From IMG/VR virus record IMGVR_UViG_3300025597_000009, positions 1 through 64,000 of that record: a stretch of 64,000 nucleotides of DNA. One strand, 5' to 3'. A program made the position numbers and the translations under genes. Every line of letters begins with the position of its first letter. The stretch's first letter is position 1. Of the stretch, positions 27,676 to 37,000 are shown one piece after another. The notes beneath the pieces were generated by a model. That model saw only the letters and a program-made list of their open reading frames with translations, made no database searches and was not told the DNA's origin. This DNA comes from a virus. Taxonomy: Duplodnaviria; Caudoviricetes.

Positions 27676-28323
27676 TTACAGGTAACTCTTACTTCTCCTT
27701 CTCTGCTCTGCTTCCTGATACTTCTCTAGCCTTTCCATGATACCCTCAAAATCTCTAAGAAACTGAAATACAGTTAAATTATTACCAAAAACTTCAACAT
27801 ACTCTTCTGTTTTGGTAAGTACATACCCTATATCATGCATATTACCATTTTGACACAAAGCCCAGAATTTAGCTTTGACATCTTCCATGCTATATTGCTT
27901 GTCAATCCATAAGGTGTTGTATTCTTTTCCATTTCTATAGGATGTGTATCCATAGGTAGCCATAAAGTGATTCCACCATTTTTCCCTATCCCCATCAAAG
28001 AGGGTATCCTTAAACTTATCAGTTACTTCAAGTCGGGTTAGATCAATGTACAATTGACCCTCCCTTTTCTTTTTGTAATGAGGATAAGCATCCAGAAAAC
28101 CCCTTGTAACCAAACTGTCGACCATGGTTTCCCAGGTCATTCCAATAGACATAGACCCCTTATCATAAAACATATTATGCTGATAATAATGGGTTGACAG
28201 ACTCATAAAGTCTTTGTCATTGGGTGCACTGTTCCGCACATGGACTGTATAGAGAAAGAGGGCCTCTTCTGCTAATAATTCATGTTGCTTGCAGTATTTT
28301 AATAAACTCGAAAAATTCAACAT
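27676..28323 (-). CDS. Hypothetical replication-module protein
   Basis: Lies between the two helicases. Confidence 0.6.
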   Translation of the reverse strand: MLNFSSLLKYCKQHELLAEEALFLYTVHVRNSAPNDKDFMSLSTHYYQHNMFYDKGSMSIGMTWETMVDSLVTRGFLDAYPHYKKKREGQLYIDLTRLEVTDKFKDTLFDGDREKWWNHFMATYGYTSYRNGKEYNTLWIDKQYSMEDVKAKFWALCQNGNMHDIGYVLTKTEEYVEVFGNNLTVFQFLRDFEGIMERLEKYQEAEQRRRSKSYL

Positions 28324-28345
28324 AAGGTGACTTCACAAAATCCAA

Positions 28346-29704
28346 CTACACCATTTCCTCCAACCACACCAACTCATCAGGACTAGTAATCCAGTTGATA
28401 AAGAGTTGATCTTTTTGAGCACTCATTAACCATCTTTTTTCTTGACTAGGTATGATTTCTCCCTTATGCATAAAATCATCCACATATAAGTTGACCATGG
28501 TACACATCTTATCTGGATTATTAGGATCAGGATTAAGTAATCTACCTGTTTTCTGAATGAATTCTTTAGCCTTAGACGAGAATCCCATGTTCAGGCCAAA
28601 TTGGACATCCTCTACTGTGAAACCTTCCTGCAACGCTTTACAAGAGACTATATGTGGTTTTATATCACTGTAAAAGTCCACTAAAGCTTGCTTTTTCTGC
28701 TTATCTGTTAACTTGTAATGATAAGGCTGAGCCTGACTATCATGAGCTAACAGTTTGTTGACGGTATCTACTGTTGTACAGAATACCAGTGCTTTTTTGC
28801 CCTGCACTTCTCCAAGTATCTGCTTAGCTGCTTCTAGCTTATTGTGAGCATTTTGTAGTAACCGGCTTCGTTTACTAACAACAGCTTGCCATTTTCTAGC
28901 TAATCCAATAACCTGTCCAGGAGTAATACCCAATTCTCTTCCAATCTCAGAAGCCCACTGATTACCTGTCATAGTTAGGGCTCCAAACTTCTTGATTTTA
29001 GTCCCAGCCAAACAATTTGCTATATACATAGCTGTGTATTCAGCACTATACTTACTGAAGTAGTTGATGTAACTGTTGTATTCCTGGTTATAATTCAGGT
29101 AAAGCAGCTTTTCTTCAGCAGTTAAAGAAATAGCCAGATTATAAGACTCATAAGCTGGTACTACTCCTAGTTTATACCCAGTTTTAAGTGGAATATGGAA
29201 TCGATGTTCTACACCAAAGCTTTCCAGATATTCTGTCTCTTTCTGAGTAAGTGTTGCAGATAAGAATAGACCATAATCATAAGTAGTCTTCGGGATCACT
29301 TGGCTAAACCAAGTAGAATTGCCCAGTACCCAGTGGCACTCATCTACAATCAGCATACCAATAGTATCAAAGAATTCAGCTGGTAACTGTTCACTTAATA
29401 CATACGTATTGATGACATAAATGGATACATTGGGTAGACTAGCTGTAGCAATACTCCAATCCTGTTTTAGTTTTAGAGAAGGTACTACAATGACTACTGG
29501 TTTATTATATTTCTGCTGATATAACTTGATTGCATTTACAGATAAATGCGTTTTACCCCCTCTGGTAAAGAGATTAACTAGTAACCTCTTTACCTTCCCA
29601 AAATGTTGAATAATTAGGTGCTGGTATCCACTTTTGCGCTGGTTAACAGTTGGAAATTGTAAAAGGGTAGTAATTTCATTACTAGTTAACTCTCTGGTGA
29701 CCAT
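28346..29704 (-). CDS. Superfamily 2 DEAD/DEAH-box helicase
   Basis: TRGGKT, VPS, DECH, LSAT, LVF, LQEGF, QKTGR. Confidence 0.88.
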   Translation of the reverse strand: MVTRELTSNEITTLLQFPTVNQRKSGYQHLIIQHFGKVKRLLVNLFTRGGKTHLSVNAIKLYQQKYNKPVVIVVPSLKLKQDWSIATASLPNVSIYVINTYVLSEQLPAEFFDTIGMLIVDECHWVLGNSTWFSQVIPKTTYDYGLFLSATLTQKETEYLESFGVEHRFHIPLKTGYKLGVVPAYESYNLAISLTAEEKLLYLNYNQEYNSYINYFSKYSAEYTAMYIANCLAGTKIKKFGALTMTGNQWASEIGRELGITPGQVIGLARKWQAVVSKRSRLLQNAHNKLEAAKQILGEVQGKKALVFCTTVDTVNKLLAHDSQAQPYHYKLTDKQKKQALVDFYSDIKPHIVSCKALQEGFTVEDVQFGLNMGFSSKAKEFIQKTGRLLNPDPNNPDKMCTMVNLYVDDFMHKGEIIPSQEKRWLMSAQKDQLFINWITSPDELVWLEEMV

Positions 29705-30054
29705 GAATAAATTCGTGGTGGCTCAGGCTCCTGGTGAAAACTACCTAGAAATTGAATCATGGGTTTTAGTTGCCAATCCAAGATAGGTACATCCGCCATT
29801 TCTCCATTAGCAGTGTATCCAGCTATGATAGCATTGCCAGTGAATACATTAGAGCTACCCACAAAACAGAACTTAGGAGCTTGGGGATTCTGGAGTAATC
29901 CTTCTTCATCTAACCACATATCAATCCCATTAGCTAGGGTTACTTTTTCAACCAATTCACAACCAATTTCGTTGTACAAGGCGTTTAGGCCTTTATCCAT
30001 TTTAATGGTTGTAACAACCTGATTAACCACATCAATCTTAATTACTCTGAGCAT
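29686..30054 (-). CDS. DUF3846 family protein
   Basis: IGCELVE, MWLDEEGLL, GNAII. Confidence 0.75.
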   Translation of the reverse strand: MLRVIKIDVVNQVVTTIKMDKGLNALYNEIGCELVEKVTLANGIDMWLDEEGLLQNPQAPKFCFVGSSNVFTGNAIIAGYTANGEMADVPILDWQLKPMIQFLGSFHQEPEPPRIYSWSPES

Positions 30055-30104
30055 AAAATTACTTATTTTTCATCTTTAATGTGCTGACCAATAAGCAACT
30101 CTGG

Positions 30105-30506
30105 TTAGTGAGGTTTATGTAATTCATCTAAGCTTTCTTTGATTCGAGCTATTACTTCTTCAGGACTAGGCAGTTGAGGTTCTTCAATTTTTAACTCATT
30201 TCTCTCAAAGTACTTAAGATACTTCCGTTGCACTTCAGCTAGTTCAAGCACCTTTGATTCCAAAGATCTTCTTCCCATAATCAGGCTTAGTCTTTCTGCC
30301 TGAAGTTGCTCAAAGAATACAAACTGGTATTTGTTCCAGAACATTAGGTTAAATAAAATGCTGCAAGCTGTTAATAGGGCAAAGCCAGTGGCCAACCACC
30401 ACATCCAGTTAGGAATTAAGCTATCCCAGTAAATTAACAGGAAACCGGCCATCACTAAAAAAGAAACCAGATGGGCCATTAAAATAGATACTCTAAACAA
30501 CTTCAT
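30105..30506 (-). CDS. Two-TM membrane protein
   Basis: Two hydrophobic helices followed by a coiled coil. Confidence 0.55.
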   Translation of the reverse strand: MKLFRVSILMAHLVSFLVMAGFLLIYWDSLIPNWMWWLATGFALLTACSILFNLMFWNKYQFVFFEQLQAERLSLIMGRRSLESKVLELAEVQRKYLKYFERNELKIEEPQLPSPEEVIARIKESLDELHKPH

Positions 30507-30903
30507 GGACTACTTCTTTTTGATAAAGCTTGATTGTGGTTTTGATGTAAACATGACTTAGCCAGTAACTAAAGGCAAAGTTGCCATGGGGGAATACACC
30601 TTTTCTACTGAAAAAAAGTCTAGCATTTAACTCCTCAGCAGCAGTACGTAGGGTTTTTAACCAAGATTGACTGTATTCTCTATGCTCATTAAAGTTAAGT
30701 AATGCTTTTAGATGTTTATGATAGAACACAGCCAATCCATAATCTTGTTGAATCTCCCTAATGAGCTGCTCTTTATTGGCTGTTGAGCCTTGCATGTCTA
30801 AATAAGGACCAAACTGGGTCCTATATACTTCTTCCAGAATTGAGCTAACGGTCATTAATATACGTTTAAAAGGTAAAGGGATTTTGAATCTGAATTTTAA
30901 CAC
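30493..30903 (-). CDS. Hypothetical protein (likely start MTVSS)
   Basis: Co-oriented ORF. Confidence 0.5.
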   Translation of the reverse strand: MLKFRFKIPLPFKRILMTVSSILEEVYRTQFGPYLDMQGSTANKEQLIREIQQDYGLAVFYHKHLKALLNFNEHREYSQSWLKTLRTAAEELNARLFFSRKGVFPHGNFAFSYWLSHVYIKTTIKLYQKEVVHEVV

Positions 30904-31208
30904 TGACTCCAGAGTTTGTAAACTTTACATGAGACTGAGCAGTAACCATGATTTCTACACCAGACTCCTTGACAAAATCATCCAATAACTGTTGAATCTG
31001 CTTTTCTACTTCTACTTTTTTCTTTTTGATTTCCTGAATGTTCATGCTTATAAAAGGCTAGTAGACCTGGCAAACAGTATTTATTCACCAGGTCTTGGAT
31101 GCGTACTTAGTTTACAGTTGTGAATCAATAACAGAGTATTGGGATAGAAACCTTACAAGGTTCCTTTCCAAACTTCTCTAATTAGCACCTTAAATGGTTG
31201 GTAATTAA

Positions 31209-31469
31209 TTACTTTCTAAAACAACGAGGATAATCAGTAGTACTTCGATTAAAGTCTAAGTACTTAAAATCAATGATATCATAAGGGTTAGTTACCTCAT
31301 CAACTAAGAGAGGTTCTTTTTCTTGTTGAACCCTAACTTTATTTATTCTTCTGAATCTACGAGAGGCTATTTTCTTTTTGCCATGAGAAACATCTGATCC
31401 ACAACCAACCCTTCTATATGATCTACTCATTGACTTATATACCTTAAAGCTTACTAACCATTCCTTCAA
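31209..31469 (-). CDS. Small basic protein (likely start MSRSYRR)
   Basis: MSRSYRR...KKIASRRFRR...YDIIDF, a common phage family. Confidence 0.6.
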   Translation of the reverse strand: MKEWLVSFKVYKSMSRSYRRVGCGSDVSHGKKKIASRRFRRINKVRVQQEKEPLLVDEVTNPYDIIDFKYLDFNRSTTDYPRCFRK

Positions 31470-31977
31470 AATAAGGCTCTATTTCTGCTTTAATTTTTTG
31501 TCTTCGTTCATACAAAACTTCTCTGAAAGCAGACATAAATTCTTTAGGCAAATCATCACATTCCATCTTTAAGAATTGATAAATGTGCTGAATTTCTGGA
31601 CTATTTTCCCGATATACATATTGATAAATGTCCAACGCAGAATCCATAAATCCTATGCCATTGTCCTCAGGATCAAATGTAGTACGAATAGTAATAGCTG
31701 ATTTATTGAGCCCAGCAATATACCCATCCAGTGTTTCTTCCTCTGGATTCACACAATCATTACAGAATATAGTACAATCTGAGGCTAGTTTCAACTTATA
31801 GGCTTCTTGCTCATATGCATCTCCAGTAACTTGGCCATAGATACACTGATTACAATCCAAGCCATTATGCTCTTCTGCATCAAGAGATTCTCGTTGTTCT
31901 GGAGTTATTGTATCTCGTAAATACCACAACTCTTTTACACAATCCTTTAAAAAGGAAGCTTTGGTTATTTTTTGCAT
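31444..31977 (-). CDS. 'CIYG' paralog family protein
   Basis: VKELWYLR...CIYGQVTGDA...IYQFLK. Confidence 0.6.
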   Translation of the reverse strand: MQKITKASFLKDCVKELWYLRDTITPEQRESLDAEEHNGLDCNQCIYGQVTGDAYEQEAYKLKLASDCTIFCNDCVNPEEETLDGYIAGLNKSAITIRTTFDPEDNGIGFMDSALDIYQYVYRENSPEIQHIYQFLKMECDDLPKEFMSAFREVLYERRQKIKAEIEPYFEGMVSKL

Positions 31978-32417
31978 TTGTTGTACATATATTTAGGAAG
32001 TACTTTATCAAAATGGGATGGAAGTTGAAAAGACTTTCCATGAATAAAATCAAAAACCATTTGCATATGCTTATCTAAAGCTGCTATCATATAGACTTCT
32101 AAAGGCGTAACCCCATCTGACTTATAATTGCTTACTTCTGGATCAGAATTTATCCATTCTCTATAAGGATAACCAGTAAGCCTTAAGTCTATTTCCCAAT
32201 CTAATGAATATTGGACTCCAGCTGTTCTTTTGAAAGTACAAGCTACATGATTATAAGCATGTCCAAAAGCCAAACCATAAAGGCAAAAATTAGAAGATTC
32301 TCCCTCAAATTTGCTAAAGTCTAATTTGGCTTTATGTTCAGTAGATAACTGAAATTTAAATGCGCAAATTTCCTTTAATACTTCAGCATAGAACTCTTCT
32401 TCACTAAGTAGCATCAT
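31965..32417 (-). CDS. 'CIYG' paralog family protein
   Basis: LKEICAFK...CLYGLAFGHA...TPLEVYM. Confidence 0.6.
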   Translation of the reverse strand: MMLLSEEEFYAEVLKEICAFKFQLSTEHKAKLDFSKFEGESSNFCLYGLAFGHAYNHVACTFKRTAGVQYSLDWEIDLRLTGYPYREWINSDPEVSNYKSDGVTPLEVYMIAALDKHMQMVFDFIHGKSFQLPSHFDKVLPKYMYNKCKK

Positions 32418-32477
32418 ACAAGAAAAAAATAGAAGAAGACTGTTACAAAATACTCCTATAACAGTCTTCCCATTTAC

Positions 32478-33530
32478 TTAGATGTCAGCTTCAACTAAAG
32501 CACTAGTGGCTGCGCTGACAGCTGTTTCCTTAGCTTTATTTTGCTCATATTCAAGCTCTTTCCGGGTACTTTCCAGCTCCTTAGGCAAAGAATCTGTCTC
32601 ATCTTTCAGATAAGCATACACGCCTTCCATTACTGGCTTAGGAGCAAATTCCATGTAGTACTCAAAAGCTGTGAAATGCTCTTCTGGCTTACCATTTACC
32701 ACCATTGGCTCGATGTTAAACATTTTGTCATAAGTGAACTTAGGGTCTTCCAGCAGTGGAATGGATTCTGTTGGAATTGGATAATTTTCCCAGGCAATAC
32801 TCATGTCAGCACACAAGGTCTTTAATTCAAGTGCACGTTCACTTCTGGAATCACCAGTTGCTTGTCCATACACATCACGGCCAACTAATACAGGTCTAAA
32901 AGTGGCAAAATCTAATTTGCTTTTTTCATCCTGGGTCAAGTTAGTTTTAAGACCCATGATTTCTTTAGTGGCCTGACGAATAAAGTTAGCTTTTGTTTGT
33001 GTAATCTTAGTTGGAGTTGCCATTTTTGTTTGTTTAATTGATTTGTACTTGTAATACTTAATACTGTCTAAAGCAGTCCCTAATTCATCAGATAAAGTAT
33101 CTGTTTCATGTTTTAGGAACTGAAAGATTTCCATCATCATGGGTTTATTTCCATTAGGAAACCAAAACATTACTATTTCTAGTAAAGTCCTGTAAAAATC
33201 TGTTGAATACGGAACACAGTTACTATGTTCCATAAACCATTCCACTTTATCACTAAATTCAGGTAATCCTTTGGGGCTTCTAAAATAGAACTCTCTAGAA
33301 TCTGGCATATATTCAGCATATTGAGCCGCATTTTCTCTAAGCTTTGTACTTGTTTTAGAATGTGCATCCCCTGTCAACAAGCCGTAGATACAGTTGGAAT
33401 CATGTTTCCCATTATAGCTAGATAAAACCAGTTTATCCTGAAGTGTTTCTATGGGAATAGTTTCCCTTAAAAAGATTAATTCTTTTACAACAGCTGTGTA
33501 AAAAACTTGATTACCCAAAGATCCCGTCAT
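32478..33530 (-). CDS. 'CIYG' paralog family protein with two tandem domains
   Basis: CIYGLLTGDA and DVYGQATGDS copies joined in frame. Confidence 0.6.
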   Translation of the reverse strand: MTGSLGNQVFYTAVVKELIFLRETIPIETLQDKLVLSSYNGKHDSNCIYGLLTGDAHSKTSTKLRENAAQYAEYMPDSREFYFRSPKGLPEFSDKVEWFMEHSNCVPYSTDFYRTLLEIVMFWFPNGNKPMMMEIFQFLKHETDTLSDELGTALDSIKYYKYKSIKQTKMATPTKITQTKANFIRQATKEIMGLKTNLTQDEKSKLDFATFRPVLVGRDVYGQATGDSRSERALELKTLCADMSIAWENYPIPTESIPLLEDPKFTYDKMFNIEPMVVNGKPEEHFTAFEYYMEFAPKPVMEGVYAYLKDETDSLPKELESTRKELEYEQNKAKETAVSAATSALVEADI

Positions 33531-34011
33531 ATACCAATTCTTTTTTAACCGATTCTAACTCAGCAGGCAGTAGATTAGCCGTATTTACAATATACTCCAG
33601 GACTGCTTGCCTTTTCTCAGGAGAAGCCCAGATTAAATACATTTCTAGTGGAGTAAAATCTGCTGTCTTATTATATGGCTCAGTACTTCTTCCAATTTCA
33701 GCCTCTGGTTCTTTGGCTAACCAATGTTGAAGTGTTATTCCACTAACTATTTTGGGTTCTATCTCGTTTAATGAGCCGGATTCATTTGACCACCAGTATT
33801 TAGAAATGTTAAATAGCTCTCTGAACTTTGAAGCTATTTCGTCTTCTGCAAACATATAAGGAGACATTGACTCCATAAATTCTTGAACTCCACAATCAGT
33901 TTTAAAATCAGCTATCAGGATTTGTTTGAATTCAGTTATCAATAATTTTCTCAAATAGAAAGCTTCCTGCACAGCTCCTTTGTACAGTTCAGTTTTAGTT
34001 ATTCTTGCCAT
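33511..34011 (-). CDS. 'CIYG' paralog family protein (divergent)
   Basis: MARITKTELYKGAVQEAFYLR...FTPLEMYL. Confidence 0.55.
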   Translation of the reverse strand: MARITKTELYKGAVQEAFYLRKLLITEFKQILIADFKTDCGVQEFMESMSPYMFAEDEIASKFRELFNISKYWWSNESGSLNEIEPKIVSGITLQHWLAKEPEAEIGRSTEPYNKTADFTPLEMYLIWASPEKRQAVLEYIVNTANLLPAELESVKKELVYDGIFG

Positions 34012-34012
34012 T

Positions 34013-37000
34013 TTATTTCTGCCAGTGAGTTGCCATTTTCATGGAAGATTGCATACTAAGTCCAATCAAGTAACTGGACCCAACTTCTTCCATAATTTCC
34101 CTAATTCGTTTAGCAATATCTTCTCGACCTTTTGGGATTTGTACTACAAGTTCATCATGCACACTCAATTTGATACTACAGTCAGGCTGTGTTAGTATAT
34201 AATTATGCACAGCTATAGTAGCTTCTTTTAACATGGAAGCAGCTGAGGCTTGGATCATTTTATTACCCTACTTGCTCTTTATCAAGTAGTTCTGAATATT
34301 TCTATTCAGTTTCGACTATATCACAGCGTAAGTATTTAATTATGTTTTGACTAAAGTCTAATAGTTCTCCAGGCGTTGCATTGTTTTTCATAGTGTTAGC
34401 TTTCATTGAGATAATTCTACAATTATCTGGAGTATATCCAAAATCAAGTCTAACCCTATCAATAGAAGGGGAATTTATTGGTAAGTTAGCTTCATCTAAC
34501 AACGGAATGTTTAATAAAGGGCAGTACTTGGGAATTTTCAAAGATTCAAGTGTTAAACTAAAATCAAGTCCTTTTTCTGCTGCTCTTTTTTTAGCATTTC
34601 TTACCAAAGTGGTCATAATTCTTCTTTTATAGGATTCTTTTCTAAGCTTAGAAAGCCTTTCCTTAAATTCAGTGTCCTTATGAACCCTTTCTCTTCTTTG
34701 TTTATTAATAGCATCTCTTCTACCTGTATTGTGCTCATTATGATAAGCATTAAAACAATCTCTACATTTTCCTGTAGGATAGCTACAATAGCTTTTCTTC
34801 CCTGACTTTAATACATTGTATTTTGTCATTATAGGGAAAGCACTTATTGGTAGTTCCTGTTTACATCTAGTACAAACTTTACTAGTTTTTTCCTTTTTCA
34901 TAACGTCTGAATTGATTCTCAAACTTATAAAATGAGGAATTAACTTTCATAACTATAACTAATTATGCTTACACCCTGGACACTCGTGTTAGGATTATTG
35001 TCTACAATAACTCACCTATTAGTCTGTGAACTTTCCCCATACTTTTATTTGCTTTCAGGGGCTTAGCTGCTGATTATCCAATTTTTCAACTTTTCAAACA
35101 TTCACAATTGCCATTTCTAGCTTTGTTGTAGTGTTAAAAACTCTAAGGATTTTCCAGCAATTCATCCAGTTTTACTTTCCCTATCCATTAAGGAAAATTG
35201 ACACCTTCTTTTTCTACTTCATAGTCCTCAGACATTTTCTTAGTAAACCAATTGAACCGTCTGATTCTATTGATTTTACTACCACATCTGACTTCCATGT
35301 TATTAACTACTTTCCGTTTAATCTTCTGCTGATACTCATGTAGTGCTTTTAGATTGGCTTGTAGCTTAGCTAATACTTTCTTGGCCACAGGCACTTCAAT
35401 GTTAAGAACAGCAGCAATCCTGGCAGCTCCTCCACCAAAGAGAACAATTATGTTATCTCATCAGCTCTTTATCTGATGATTCTACAGTTTCATTTTTAGA
35501 TTATATCTGTAGTTCAGACTATATCATAAGTATTTTAAAGAAAATACTCCCGGACGCTCGTGTTAACTTCATCACTGTTCTAGTGGTATGTTATTAGTCG
35601 TTGAACCTTCTAAGTATCCCTACTTAGCTTGGCTGCTGATTATCTATCTCTAGTTTTCCCAGCAGTTCATCCGGTTTTTTTTGGGCTATCTCACAAGCTA
35701 AATCAAATTTCCTTTTTAAATAATAGGCCGCATCTTTGTAAAGATAATTTATCAATTGCTTAGTTTGCTTCTGGTTCATTTCAAGTCTATAGGTTACTGT
35801 GTTAGTATAAGAAGTTTCTGACCATTTGATTATACTACCTAGATGTAATTCTAAAAAATTACATAATTTATCAAACAACTTTTTTGAACATGAAACAAAC
35901 CCAGACCTATGCTTTGCACTAAAATGCCCATCTCCATCCATTAATCCTCTAACAAAATCCCAAGTAAACTCAAATTCAGGATTTACTATTATGGATTTTT
36001 TAGCGGGTATTCCTAATGAAGTTATAAATTTATGCAAGTCTTTATGGCCAAATAAAACTTCATAACATTCATTAACTTTGTATATACTTATATTCACACC
36101 TAAAAACTTTTGAAATTGTTCAAGAAGTTCTTTATCTTTTTGAACAATAGAAATAGTTTTTTTTGTTGACCCTAAATTCCCATCTGTTACAATTATACCT
36201 AACCAGTACATTGCACTATGGTTCAATTTTGTAAAACAACTTATATCTTGAAGTACTCTATTTTTCCCTCCACTACCTTCTAAAGGTATATTGTGCTTCT
36301 TATAAGTTTTTATTACAAATGGCCTCCCATAACCAAACATAGTACAAATTTGATTAGGGGTGTGACAATAAGCATACTCAAGTATTTTAAGTTCTTTATA
36401 ATTATAAAAGTTAAAATTTAAACTTTTTGAAACTTTTTGTACTTGATGGTAAGAGATGTTAAGTTCCTCTGCAATTGATTTTATTGATGCACCCTTTTCT
36501 AATTTTTCTTTAATTTGATCTAGCATTTTATTCATTATTTACTTATGTAAAAATAATGAATTTTTTGACAATTATTCAACCCAAACAAAACAGGTTTGTG
36601 GGGATCTCTTAGTTCTCCATTTACTTCTTTGCTAACAATGAATGTAGGGTCACCTCTAATGATCCGGTGTGTGTCCTGAGCCAGGAAAGAGTGTAAATCC
36701 ATTCCTTTATTAAAGTTATCCAGTAGGGCTTGATCCTGGCTATAGGAAGCAGCTAACCTTAACTCTTGATTAGATAAATCCACATCCACAAATACATAAT
36801 CCTCAGAGTCAGGAACAAAGCATTGTCTGATCTCTTTAATAGCTGGAAGATTTTGCATATTAGGATTATTGCTGGATAACCGACCAGTAGCAGTAAAGCA
36901 TTGAGAAAAATCAGAATGAATCCTTTTTGTAACTGGATTGATATACTTTAAAAAGTTATCTCCATAAGTACTGATTAGCTTACTATACTCCCTGTGTTTA

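Noticed and set aside
31050-31205. Cobalamin-riboswitch-like words (AGGTGC, AGAGAA, CAACTGTAA, GACCTG) on the minus strand
   Set aside because: Core pairings and the B12 box are not convincingly formed and the downstream gene is unrelated. A cmscan against Rfam cobalamin models would settle it.
34013-35394. ORFs 35188..35394 and 34013..34258 as independent genes
   Set aside because: They are exons 2 and 3 of polA; the apparent ATG at 34258 includes the intron's terminal G.
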